A stretch of DNA of 42,685 nt, taken from IMG/VR virus record IMGVR_UViG_3300032305_002598, positions 1-42,685 of that record; one strand, given 5' to 3'. Made by a program: the position numbers and the translations under genes. The notes beneath the pieces were generated by a model. That model had not been told where the DNA came from, searched no databases, and worked only from the letters and a program-made list of their open reading frames with translations. Of the stretch, positions 1-8,738 are shown piece after piece. This stretch comes from a virus (lineage: Duplodnaviria > Caudoviricetes). Numbering within the stretch: position 1 is the first letter of the stretch; each line of letters begins with the position of its first letter.

Positions 1-17
1 CCCCCGAATCTGATAAA

Positions 18-521
18 ATGGAGTTTGGCAACAAAGTTTATTTACATACCAAGGATTTAATGCAAAAAGGCAAAGAATTTCAGGTTGAATTTAAACCTTT
101 CGTTAAATCTAAGTCTTACGATCAGCTTAAAGGAATTCATAAGCTTTGTGAGATTTACGGCAATTATATGTCGGAAAGTCTGGGGTTTAAGGTTAGCGAT
201 GAAAATGCTAAGGAAAGATTAAAATACAATATCAATTATACTCGATTGGCTAACGCTGACGAGGCTTTAGCCGAAGCGTTGAGAATCAGGAGAGAAAAGG
301 AATTAGAAGGTAAAAATATGACGATTAAAGAAATAAAATCTTTAGTCGAAGGTTTACAAGAACATTTTCGGGTTCCCGCTTCATTTGCCGATGCAACTCT
401 TGAGAAAATGCAAGTGTTAATCGAAAAGGTTCATGAATTAGGGCGAGAAAGAGGCTGGCGTAACTTGATTTTGACGAATCAGGAAATGCAAGAAATGGTT
501 AATTATTATGAACAAAAATAA
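18..521 (+). CDS. NinB/Orf (DUF1367)-like recombination accessory protein, possibly 5'-truncated by the window
   Basis: KSYDQLKGIHKL...AKERLK...SFADATLEKMQVLIEKVHELG follows the NinB pattern (RSxxQNxxxW...STSKMTxxEMxxLIExxxxxG). The frame is open upstream to the window edge. Confidence 0.55.
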   Translation: MEFGNKVYLHTKDLMQKGKEFQVEFKPFVKSKSYDQLKGIHKLCEIYGNYMSESLGFKVSDENAKERLKYNINYTRLANADEALAEALRIRREKELEGKNMTIKEIKSLVEGLQEHFRVPASFADATLEKMQVLIEKVHELGRERGWRNLILTNQEMQEMVNYYEQK

Positions 522-600
522 TTTGATTATCAGATTTAATTGGTTTTAAGAAACAAACAATTTTGATTATCAATTAGAATTACAACAAAAGGAGTAAAAT

Positions 601-807
601 ATGGCAGAATATGCGTTAATCTTGTTTTTATTCAGCAATGGCGGACATTTGGAACAAACAACTGACATAAATTTAGGTTTTAAAACAGAAAAATTATGCA
701 AAGAGGCTGGAGAAAAAACTACAAAAAGAATTTTAAATGAATCTTCGGCATTGGGTAATAAATATTATAATCCACAAATTAGATTTATTTGCGTCAAAAC
801 TAAATAA
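601..807 (+). CDS. small hypothetical protein with hydrophobic N-terminus and two Cys
   Basis: ORF preceded by AAGGAG; contains GFKTEKLC...FICVK. Confidence 0.6.
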   Translation: MAEYALILFLFSNGGHLEQTTDINLGFKTEKLCKEAGEKTTKRILNESSALGNKYYNPQIRFICVKTK

Positions 808-826
808 AAAAATAAAATATTAAAAA

Positions 827-1681
827 ATGTCTTATAATGATGTAATTTTAGAAGGAACTATAATTTCCGATCCAATATTTTATAAGTATTTGGATAGCGA
901 AAAAATAGAAATAAAATTATTAACACTAGAGGGCAGCTATACAAATAAAGAGGGCTTAACCAAAAGAATGAAGGCTTTTCATAAAGTTTTGATTTACAAT
1001 AAATATTATGTAGAGAAAGCAAAGAAAAGCCTGATTTCTAAGAATAGCAAAATAACTGTTCGTGCTAAAATGGCTTCTTTAGTTGATTCCGATGGCTGTT
1101 ATTCTTATTGTGCTTGCGTTATTGGTAATCATCATAACTTGCAAATTACATCAAATTACTTTAGAAAAAAAGGTGAGAAGCCTAATCTTTTAATAAAAGA
1201 TATAGAGAAAATTGAGGAATATTCAAGTTTTAGAATGCTTACAGTAAAATATGGTAGGAATATTTGGTTTGGAACAGGTGTAATGTCTTCTCATATAACT
1301 GCTAGAATGATAAAAGAAAATGCCAATAGTGATGCTCAATATAAGACGCTAGATTTTATGCTAAGAACTGAAAAGCTAGATTTTGATAAAGCTGGCAAAG
1401 AAAAAATTAGCTCACAAATGATAAAAATAGTTATTACTTCTAAAAAAATAATGGAAGAAGTCATAAAAAAGAAGTTAATGAGAGGAGATATTATGTCAGT
1501 TCAAGGAATGCTTATCACAAAAGAACTTTCTAAAGAAACTGGATATAATCGAACTCAATATATTCAAGTAAGTAGTTTTGTCGAACATAATATTCATGTT
1601 ATTCACAAATCAAAACTTGGCTTGGATTACGAGACATATACATTAGAAACGGGTGTTAATGAGGTTTTTTTACATGAGTAA
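827..1681 (+). CDS. tandem two-OB-fold SSB-like protein
   Basis: N-half: MSYNDVILEGTIISDP...FHKVLIY...KNSKITVRAKM. C-half: RNIWFGTGVM...IKIVIT...RGDIMSVQGMLITKE. Both match the SSB pattern (NxVxLxGxL, WHxV, KGxxVxVxGxL). Confidence 0.6.
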   Translation: MSYNDVILEGTIISDPIFYKYLDSEKIEIKLLTLEGSYTNKEGLTKRMKAFHKVLIYNKYYVEKAKKSLISKNSKITVRAKMASLVDSDGCYSYCACVIGNHHNLQITSNYFRKKGEKPNLLIKDIEKIEEYSSFRMLTVKYGRNIWFGTGVMSSHITARMIKENANSDAQYKTLDFMLRTEKLDFDKAGKEKISSQMIKIVITSKKIMEEVIKKKLMRGDIMSVQGMLITKELSKETGYNRTQYIQVSSFVEHNIHVIHKSKLGLDYETYTLETGVNEVFLHE

Positions 1682-1690
1682 AAATATCTC

Positions 1691-1718
1691 TTGCAATAAT
1701 AAAATGTTAGGTTAGTAT
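1691..1718 (+). promoter_or_regulatory. putative sigma70 promoter overlapped by a 22-bp operator-like site
   Basis: TTGCAA-N16-TAGTAT upstream of ORF 1753; 1706-1727 recurs at 34516-34537. Confidence 0.45.
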
Positions 1719-1752
1719 TAGCTAACAAATTAAATTTTAAAACATATAATAT

Positions 1753-2016
1753 ATGAAACAATCGGAAATCTTAAGTCATTTTTTATCTAAAGAAATGATA
1801 ACAAAAAAGATAAAACTTTTAATACCAAAAGAAAAAGGGAAATTGTATAATATAATTTTAAAAAATCTTAATGATTTTGAGATAGAATCTTATGAAGTTG
1901 ATGCTAATGGCAATCGCTCTTTGAGAATATACGCTAAAACAAAATCACCAATTGAACCAATCGAGCCACCAGCAATTAAATTCTTTCCGATTCCGACGGA
2001 TACGAGATGTTTATAA
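1753..2016 (+). CDS. hypothetical protein, Pro-rich C-terminus
   Basis: ORF in a tightly packed + strand run. Confidence 0.6.
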   Translation: MKQSEILSHFLSKEMITKKIKLLIPKEKGKLYNIILKNLNDFEIESYEVDANGNRSLRIYAKTKSPIEPIEPPAIKFFPIPTDTRCL

Positions 2017-2032
2017 ATTAAACTAAAAATAT

Positions 2033-2236
2033 ATGAAAGAAAAATATATATTATCAATTATTAGAATAATTATTCTAATAAAAATAAATTTAACAACATT
2101 TATTAGATATTTTCGATTATTTAGTAAAAGATGTCCTAAATGTAATACCTTTAAAGTAAATAATAAAAAACACACTAGTGATGATTGTATTTTACCCATG
2201 CTTTTGAAATTAAAAAAAGACTTAGGGATAAAATAA
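2033..2236 (+). CDS. hypothetical protein with CxxC...H...C
   Basis: CPKC...HTSDDC, possible Zn ligand set. Confidence 0.5.
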   Translation: MKEKYILSIIRIIILIKINLTTFIRYFRLFSKRCPKCNTFKVNNKKHTSDDCILPMLLKLKKDLGIK

Positions 2237-2240
2237 ATAT

Positions 2241-2447
2241 ATGAATTTTTTCTCACTACTTACAATATTATTTATTGGCTTAAAACTTACTAATTATATC
2301 AATTGGAGTTGGCTTATCGTGCTTTCTCCTGTGTTAATTCCGATTTCTATAGCAATAGGAGCATTAATTTTAATACCGACAGGAATTTTTCTCTATGCTA
2401 TTATTGTAGTTGCAATAAGCGAAATATTAAAAATTATAAAAAAATAA
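2241..2447 (+). CDS. small phage membrane protein
   Basis: LTILFIGLKLTNYINWSWLIVLSP is a pattern common in small phage membrane proteins; 2 hydrophobic segments. Confidence 0.7.
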   Translation: MNFFSLLTILFIGLKLTNYINWSWLIVLSPVLIPISIAIGALILIPTGIFLYAIIVVAISEILKIIKK

Positions 2448-2453
2448 TAAATT

Positions 2454-2882
2454 ATGAAAGACATCAAATGGAATAAAACTAATTTTAAAAACCCTATTGC
2501 GATTGCTTGCGGGACTACAGAAAGAGAAGATGGCAATGGGCTATTATATCACTTTAAATTGCTTCCCGCTGTAAAAAAAACTTTTTGGCAAAAAATTTGG
2601 GAAAAGCTTTTTAAAATGAAGTATAAAATATCAATTTTTACAATAATTTTTTTAGTATTATATAATAAAAAATTTATATTCTTTTTATTGACATATTCTT
2701 TTTTAATGTATGAATATGCTGAAGTAATATATTGGTCATTTATTTTATTGCTTATTTTTATGTTATGGCTGTTTGTTCACATACATGTAGCAATATGCAG
2801 ATCGCCTATAGTTAATCAGTGCAAAGAAACGGACATTAAATTACCAGCACCAACGCCATTACCGAATAATAATATAAAATAA
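2454..2882 (+). CDS. hypothetical membrane protein
   Basis: 2-3 hydrophobic segments in the C-terminal half. Confidence 0.55.
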   Translation: MKDIKWNKTNFKNPIAIACGTTEREDGNGLLYHFKLLPAVKKTFWQKIWEKLFKMKYKISIFTIIFLVLYNKKFIFFLLTYSFLMYEYAEVIYWSFILLLIFMLWLFVHIHVAICRSPIVNQCKETDIKLPAPTPLPNNNIK

Positions 2883-2902
2883 TAATATAAAAATTGAAAT
2901 TT

Positions 2903-3352
2903 ATGAAACAAAGCGATAAACCTAGACCAATAATACCGCCAGCTGTTCCATGTGAGTATATCGGTGAAAAAAGTGATTATTCTTCTATTTTTGGTGTAAT
3001 TCTTCTTTTTACTGTGGGCATCATAATGATCCTAGCTGTATTTTTTTATAAACAAACTATCAGAAAAGAAGCAATAACAATCGATTGCAAATTGTTGAGT
3101 CGTAGCTTTAAAGGTTCGACATTAGAAACAAACGCAGTTCCTGTTGTTGGTATGGGAATGAATGGCGGTGCTACTGTTGGAGTTGGATTAGCTACTAGCG
3201 GTCATGGTGAGGAATTTATTTCGTCATTTGATTGTGGTGATTATGGCATTTTAATTTCTGATGATAAAGAAATTTTTAGAAAAGCTAAAGAGAATAATTG
3301 GCTAACTGTTTATTTTGGTAATAACGATTATAAAATTTTAAACATACGATAA
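2903..3352 (+). CDS. single-pass membrane protein with Gly-rich segment
   Basis: TM segment IFGVILLFTVGIIMILAVFFY, then GMGMNGGATVGVG; ATG 2903 preferred over TTG 2894. Confidence 0.6.
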   Translation: MKQSDKPRPIIPPAVPCEYIGEKSDYSSIFGVILLFTVGIIMILAVFFYKQTIRKEAITIDCKLLSRSFKGSTLETNAVPVVGMGMNGGATVGVGLATSGHGEEFISSFDCGDYGILISDDKEIFRKAKENNWLTVYFGNNDYKILNIR

Positions 3353-3353
3353 A

Positions 3354-3629
3354 ATGGAAGAAAAACTAAAATTATTACAAGAAATGGCTTCATCTGAATC
3401 TGATATTAGAGACGGCAACATAGGCTCTTTTTCTCAAGGGGTTGTTGTCGGAGAAAGGAATGCTTCGAGGTTAGCTTTAGAGATTATTGAAAGTATAAAG
3501 AGAGGCGGTAAAGAGCCTTATATCCCAAGTCCTATTTACATGACAAATTTAGAAAAGGGTTTAGTTGAGACTTTAGATAAGCCTAAAGCTTTTTTTTGGA
3601 AGCCTGATTCAACTAAATCAATGGGGTAA
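3354..3629 (+). CDS. hypothetical protein
   Basis: ORF abutting both neighbours. Confidence 0.6.
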   Translation: MEEKLKLLQEMASSESDIRDGNIGSFSQGVVVGERNASRLALEIIESIKRGGKEPYIPSPIYMTNLEKGLVETLDKPKAFFWKPDSTKSMG

Positions 3630-3631
3630 AT

Positions 3632-4639
3632 ATGAGAGAAATTTTAAAAAAATATAAAGAGTTAGGTTTATTGAGAAGTCAAAGGCATCCTAAGTTTCCT
3701 CTAGAAATATGGAACTATACTGAAAAAGTCCAGTATGAGGATTTGTGGGATAATATAACTCTATCACATAGAGGGACTATTAGGGATTTAGATGGCAATT
3801 TGATAGCAAAGCCATTTTCTAAATTTTTTAATATAGAGCAAAACCGCCATAAAGAATCGAAAAGTTTTGAGATTTATGATAAAATGGACGGATCGCTTGG
3901 CATCTTATTTAATTACCAGAATCAATGGATATTAGCAACAAGAGGTAGCTTCACTAGTGAGCAGGCTATCAAAGGTTATGAAATATTGCAAAAATATAAT
4001 TATCAAAATCTTGATAAAAATTTAACTTATTGTTTTGAGATTATTTACCCAGAAAACAGGATAGTCTTGAATTACGGCAATAAAGAAAGCCTAGTATTGC
4101 TTGCAATTTTTGATTTACAAGGCAATGAATATTCAATTGACGACTTTTCATCAATATTTGAAATTGTTAAAAAATATGATTTTAAGGAATATAAAGAAAT
4201 TCAAAAACTAAACTGGGATAATTCAGAAGGTTTTATTGTTAGATTTTCAAATGGAGAAAGATGTAAGATTAAATTTGAAAATTATGTTGAGCTTCATAGA
4301 AAGTTAAGCTATATATCAGAAAAAGCGGTTTGGGAATTGATTTGCGAAAAGAAAGATATTAAAGAATATCTCGATATAGTTCCTGATGAATTTCATAAAC
4401 AAATAAAAGATTGGTATTGGAAAATTATGCTAGATTTTAGTAATACTGAAATCAGGGTAAAAAACAAATTTTATCAGTTGCCTAATTTTGAAACTAGAAA
4501 AGATTTTGCTCTTGCGATCAAAGATGATGAAGATAAAGCAATGTTATTTAAACATTTGGACAAGAAAGATATTTATGAAGATATTTGTAAGTTAATAAAA
4601 CCGAGTAATGTTAAATCTTTAATTTTTGATAAGGAGTAA
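3632..4639 (+). CDS. T4 Rnl1-like RNA ligase
   Basis: PFSKFFN; motif I KMDGSLG; ATRGSF; FEII; motif IV EGFIV; motif V RCKIK. Confidence 0.92.
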   Translation: MREILKKYKELGLLRSQRHPKFPLEIWNYTEKVQYEDLWDNITLSHRGTIRDLDGNLIAKPFSKFFNIEQNRHKESKSFEIYDKMDGSLGILFNYQNQWILATRGSFTSEQAIKGYEILQKYNYQNLDKNLTYCFEIIYPENRIVLNYGNKESLVLLAIFDLQGNEYSIDDFSSIFEIVKKYDFKEYKEIQKLNWDNSEGFIVRFSNGERCKIKFENYVELHRKLSYISEKAVWELICEKKDIKEYLDIVPDEFHKQIKDWYWKIMLDFSNTEIRVKNKFYQLPNFETRKDFALAIKDDEDKAMLFKHLDKKDIYEDICKLIKPSNVKSLIFDKE

Positions 4640-4641
4640 AT

Positions 4642-5550
4642 ATGGCTAAATTAATTATAATGATTGGTATTTCAGGAAGCGGAAAATCAACAAAAGCAAA
4701 AGAAATTTCAGAAAGAACGGGAGCTTTAATTATTAATAGAGACAAGTTAAGAGAAATGTTGTTTGGTTATACAGAAAGCAATATTCATAATTATTATAAT
4801 TTACCTGATTTGTATTTAAAAGAAAATCAAATAACTAGTTTTCAAAATTACCTTGTAGAAAGAGCTTTAGTTAAAGGAAATGATGTTATTATCGACAATA
4901 CTAATTTAAAACAAAGCTATATAAATGATTTTATCAAATCTTTTTGTAAATATAAAATTGAGTTTGAATTAATAGAATCTGATTTATCCGAAGCTATAAA
5001 AAGAGATAAATCACGAACTAGAAGCGTTGGAGAAGAAGTTATTAAAAAACAATTTAATAATTTAAATATATTAAAGAAAAATTTTAACTTTAAACCTATT
5101 TTACCAAAAGAAGATTCTATTTTTAATGACATATCTAAACCAAGTGCGTTTATTTTTGATATAGACGGCACTTTGGCTTTAAAGGGAGATAGAAGCCCTT
5201 ATGATTATGCAAGAGTCTTTGAGGATAAATTAAATACATCGGTTGCTAAATGCTTAGATTTTATCAAACTTTGCAATAGCTATGTTTTTATTTGCTCAGG
5301 AAGAGAGGGAACTCAGCAATGTAAAAGCGAAACTCAAAGATGGTTAGAGGCTAATGGAATCGAGTATGATTGGATTCTAATGCGTGAAGAGGGCGATAGG
5401 AGAGCTGATTATATTGTTAAAGAGGAGATGTGGAGAAAAATTTGCAAACAATATTATATCGAGGCTATGTTTGATGACCGAAATCAAGTTGTAAATCATG
5501 CGCGAAAATTAGGATTTAGTGTATTTCAAGTAAATGAAGGGGATTTTTAA
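4642..5550 (+). CDS. pseT: polynucleotide 5'-kinase / 3'-phosphatase (T4 PseT-like)
   Basis: P-loop GISGSGKST, NRDKLR, IIDNTN, RDKSR lid; HAD motifs DIDGT, SGR and FDDR. Confidence 0.93.
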   Translation: MAKLIIMIGISGSGKSTKAKEISERTGALIINRDKLREMLFGYTESNIHNYYNLPDLYLKENQITSFQNYLVERALVKGNDVIIDNTNLKQSYINDFIKSFCKYKIEFELIESDLSEAIKRDKSRTRSVGEEVIKKQFNNLNILKKNFNFKPILPKEDSIFNDISKPSAFIFDIDGTLALKGDRSPYDYARVFEDKLNTSVAKCLDFIKLCNSYVFICSGREGTQQCKSETQRWLEANGIEYDWILMREEGDRRADYIVKEEMWRKICKQYYIEAMFDDRNQVVNHARKLGFSVFQVNEGDF

Positions 5551-5552
5551 AC

Positions 5553-5753
5553 ATGAAAAGACAATCACTAGAAATAAGAATTTTAAATTTGCTTAAAGAG
5601 CATTGCTTTGAATCGCAATGCAATTTGACAAATAAAGAAATAATGGATAAGGTAAAAACTAAATCCGTTGCCTCGGTCGATAGGGCATTAGCTAGATTAA
5701 AATTAAAAAATTTAATCGAAACTAAAAACGAAAGAGTAATTTTAATTAAATAA
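5553..5753 (+). CDS. winged helix-turn-helix protein
   Basis: TNKEIMDKVKTKSVASVDRALARLKLKNLIE resembles a LexA/HTH_36-type wHTH. Confidence 0.65.
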   Translation: MKRQSLEIRILNLLKEHCFESQCNLTNKEIMDKVKTKSVASVDRALARLKLKNLIETKNERVILIK

Positions 5754-5757
5754 ATAT

Positions 5758-6195
5758 ATGTCAATAAACAAAGTAATTTTAGTTGGTTCACTAGGGCAAG
5801 ATCCGAAAACTGGGGAAACTAATTCAGGCTTAAAATATGGTAGCTTTTCTTTAGCAACTTCAGACAGCTACAAAGATAAAAAAACAGGGGAGAAAAAAAC
5901 TGATACAGAATGGCATAATATATCTTGCTTCGGGACGACTGTTAATGCTTTACAATATATAGGCAAAGGTTCAAAAATTTATCTTGAAGGTAAAATTAAA
6001 TCAGATGAATATACTGATAAAAATACTGGAGAGGTTAAAAAAACTACTAAGATTATTTGCGATAAAATTGATATTATTCAGGGAAAAAATAATCAAGATA
6101 AGGAAACTAAGCCTAATCCTCATCAAGAAGCTAAACAAAATGGCTATCAACCTGAGGTAGAAAATATTGCCGATGAAGAATCAATTCTTTTTTAA
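5758..6195 (+). CDS. ssb: single-stranded DNA-binding protein
   Basis: MSINKVILVGSLGQDP, SLATS, TEWH, KGSKIYLEGK; acidic tail DEESILF. Confidence 0.95.
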   Translation: MSINKVILVGSLGQDPKTGETNSGLKYGSFSLATSDSYKDKKTGEKKTDTEWHNISCFGTTVNALQYIGKGSKIYLEGKIKSDEYTDKNTGEVKKTTKIICDKIDIIQGKNNQDKETKPNPHQEAKQNGYQPEVENIADEESILF

Positions 6196-6219
6196 AAATA
6201 CAAAATAAGTAAGAATATT

Positions 6220-6600
6220 ATGAAATTCTGGAAAAAATACAAGGCAAAAAAACAATTAAGAAAAGCTAAAAAAGAATTAAAACAAAAGCTTGAGAAAGCT
6301 AGATTTATTAATTTTTACGGCAATGAAATTGATTTAAGTCTTGGTCAAATTATAAAAGCCACTTGTTTTGATAACATAATTACTACAGTTTCTCTTTTCG
6401 ATAATGAGCATGATACAATATATTGCTATATTGTGTTAAAATATCAACTTTTCTTTGAAAAAAGGTTATTTATTGGCGAAAATATTAGAAGCGTTCGGGA
6501 TAAATATTGCATTGAACTTAATGAATTTATTAACTCTAGTAAATTTACGGAACGATTAAATAAATATAATGAATTAGAAAAAGAATATGAATTATTATAA
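6220..6600 (+). CDS. hypothetical protein, basic N-terminus
   Basis: ORF overlapping the start of the next gene. Confidence 0.6.
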   Translation: MKFWKKYKAKKQLRKAKKELKQKLEKARFINFYGNEIDLSLGQIIKATCFDNIITTVSLFDNEHDTIYCYIVLKYQLFFEKRLFIGENIRSVRDKYCIELNEFINSSKFTERLNKYNELEKEYELL

Positions 6601-7192
6601 AAAAAAACCAGTTATAGCAAATAAAACAACTGAATATATTGATTTAAAAAACATCGATAAATTAGTGCCAAAAGAGTTTTTACACAAAATCAATTTGTTG
6701 TTTAATAAAGATATTCCAAAAGAGCCAAAAACTCCTAACGAATTACTTATTTATAGATTGTCGCAATTGAAAGAAAGCGATATGCAACAATATTTTTATA
6801 AACAAGCGGTGTTATTGCAATATGAATTAAAGCAATTGGATAAATTTAACGAGCTTGAGTTTGTGCAAAATGACAATGGAGATAGTTCTGCTGGTCATTT
6901 ATCTCAAATTCAAAGAATGGCTTTGTTTAAGAGAAAAAAAGCGGAGGGGTCTAGGAAAGGGTTTTTTGACATTTCAATTTATTTTTATGCTTCAAATATA
7001 AACTATAGAGACACTGCTTTTTGTGAAGTAAAAAGAATAGGATCGCCAAGCGAAATACATTTAACAAGTGAGCAGTTAGACTGGTTTTTAAAGCTCAATT
7101 CAATGGGTTTTAATGCTTATATTACTAATAACCCTATTTTCTTTAAAGATGTAGTTCTTAAAGAAATTAAAAGCAATTTTATAGAGGTTTAA
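6587..7192 (+). CDS. VRR-NUC-like PD-(D/E)xK nuclease
   Basis: ESDMQ, KAEGSRKGFFD, FCEVK, LTSEQLDWFLKLNSMG. Confidence 0.8.
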   Translation: MNYYKKKPVIANKTTEYIDLKNIDKLVPKEFLHKINLLFNKDIPKEPKTPNELLIYRLSQLKESDMQQYFYKQAVLLQYELKQLDKFNELEFVQNDNGDSSAGHLSQIQRMALFKRKKAEGSRKGFFDISIYFYASNINYRDTAFCEVKRIGSPSEIHLTSEQLDWFLKLNSMGFNAYITNNPIFFKDVVLKEIKSNFIEV

Positions 7193-7333
7193 ATGTTATT
7201 ATTAGATATTTTACAAGATATTGCTATTATTTTTTATTGTTTCGGTTCGCAAATAACTAATAGACTTGGTTTGATTGGAGCTATTTTATTTTTAATTTAT
7301 TGCCCCTTAAAATTGTTAATGTATTTTTTTTAG
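7193..7333 (+). CDS. 46-aa membrane protein (not in ORF track)
   Basis: MLLLDILQDIAIIFYCFGSQITNRLGLIGAILFLIYCPLKLLMYFF; GAGG upstream; fills the gap exactly. Confidence 0.6.
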   Translation: MLLLDILQDIAIIFYCFGSQITNRLGLIGAILFLIYCPLKLLMYFF

Positions 7334-7341
7334 AGGTTTAA

Positions 7342-7620
7342 ATGGAAGAATTAAAATATTATTTAAAATCAAAATTTGAAAAATATAAAAGAAATGCAAA
7401 AATATTTTTAGGGTTTGATAAAAAACTTTACATAGAAACAATTTGGAATGATAATGAGCTTTTTGTTTTTTGGTGTTTATTTATTTCAACAATTCTTGTC
7501 ATAACGCCATTAACAATAATTGCATATATTTTTGACCTTTCAAATCTTATGCTAGTTTGCAATCTTTTTCATATTTTTATTTTTTGTGGTATATTAACTT
7601 TACTTGAATATGAGGATTAG
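7342..7620 (+). CDS. two-TM membrane protein
   Basis: two hydrophobic helices; same TAGAGGTTTAAATG start context as 7193. Confidence 0.65.
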   Translation: MEELKYYLKSKFEKYKRNAKIFLGFDKKLYIETIWNDNELFVFWCLFISTILVITPLTIIAYIFDLSNLMLVCNLFHIFIFCGILTLLEYED

Positions 7621-7621
7621 T

Positions 7622-7774
7622 ATGTTATTTATTTTAGTTTTTATTTTTATTTTTTTTCACAGCTTAATGTATAATAAATACTCACAGCTTCCTTGGAAAG
7701 AAAAGAGGATTGATTATGCTTTTGGTTGCATAATGTGCATGATTATTTTTGTTTATTTAATTTTTTATAGTTAA
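7622..7774 (+). CDS. 50-aa membrane protein (not in ORF track)
   Basis: MLFILVFIFIFFHSLMYNKYSQLPWKEKRIDYAFGCIMCMIIFVYLIFYS; stop shares TTAA with the convergent nuclease gene. Confidence 0.55.
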   Translation: MLFILVFIFIFFHSLMYNKYSQLPWKEKRIDYAFGCIMCMIIFVYLIFYS

Positions 7775-8190
7775 TCGCACCAGCTTTTTTTCTTATCACC
7801 ACTATAAGCCCTTGCAAGACCTCTTTTAAGCAATTCTTGAGCAATATCAACACCACCGACTTTAACATTAGCAATAAGTCTTCCGCCGTATTTATCCCAT
7901 TTTATTGGAGTTAAAAGCAATTCTTTATTACCGACCAAGTCAGTTGTAAATTTAGTTGCCTGCATCGCTAATTCGTTTTCTTTTTTACATTTAGCTCTTG
8001 AGCCTTTCTCTGGCGTATCAATACCATTGATTCTAACGCTTAAGCCAAGCTTTTTAACCAAAGGTGATTCTTTAGAAACATCAATTTTAATAGTGTCTCC
8101 GTCTGTTACCTTTAATGGTTTATAAACATACATTTGCTCTTGAGCTTGTGCAGTTGAGGTAAATAAGAATAAGATTAAGAATATTAGCAT
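7771..8190 (-). CDS. secreted staphylococcal nuclease-like thermonuclease
   Basis: signal peptide ending AQA; DGDT, VRINGIDTPE, DKYGGR, GLARAY. Confidence 0.92.
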   Translation of the reverse strand: MLIFLILFLFTSTAQAQEQMYVYKPLKVTDGDTIKIDVSKESPLVKKLGLSVRINGIDTPEKGSRAKCKKENELAMQATKFTTDLVGNKELLLTPIKWDKYGGRLIANVKVGGVDIAQELLKRGLARAYSGDKKKSWCD

Positions 8191-8738
8191 GATTTGTATT
8201 TGGTTATTAGTTTATAATTTTCTTCTTGATTTTCATCATCGATTTCTAAAGTGAATTCTTCTTTATCAACAATTTCATAAAGTTTTTCTAAAGCCTTAAC
8301 AGATTGGCTTCCATACCAATCATAAACTATTCCCGCTTTTAGAAAATTTGGAATTAATGCAGTTGCAGGTAAAATGCAACCTTGTGAATCATTAATTGAG
8401 TTTCCGCCGTGTAATCTTACGCCCGCTCTTTTTTTTGTGTTTTTGACTAAATATAATTTAGTTTTGAAACGGTTAGACCAAGTCATTACGCATTGATAAA
8501 CGTCAGCTAAAATACAACTAGATTCATTTTTTTTAGTAGCCAAAATATCTGAATTATTTTCTTTGTTTTCGTAAAATCTGGCTGGCTCAATAGTGTAAAG
8601 CAAAGGAGGGAAATTTGGTTTTAATGGATCAATTATAGCTCCAAGCGTAGTGCCATATTTAAAAACTTTACCTTCTTTTTTTACTTCGGAATAATTACCG
8701 TTGTTGCAATAATATCTTTTAAGAATCAGTTTTTTCAT
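8184..8738 (-). CDS. DUF5675-like protein, candidate endolysin
   Basis: LILKR, TLG, YTIE, SCI, RAGVRLHGGNSINDSQGCIL; lies directly after the spanins. Confidence 0.75.
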   Translation of the reverse strand: MKKLILKRYYCNNGNYSEVKKEGKVFKYGTTLGAIIDPLKPNFPPLLYTIEPARFYENKENNSDILATKKNESSCILADVYQCVMTWSNRFKTKLYLVKNTKKRAGVRLHGGNSINDSQGCILPATALIPNFLKAGIVYDWYGSQSVKALEKLYEIVDKEEFTLEIDDENQEENYKLITKYKSC

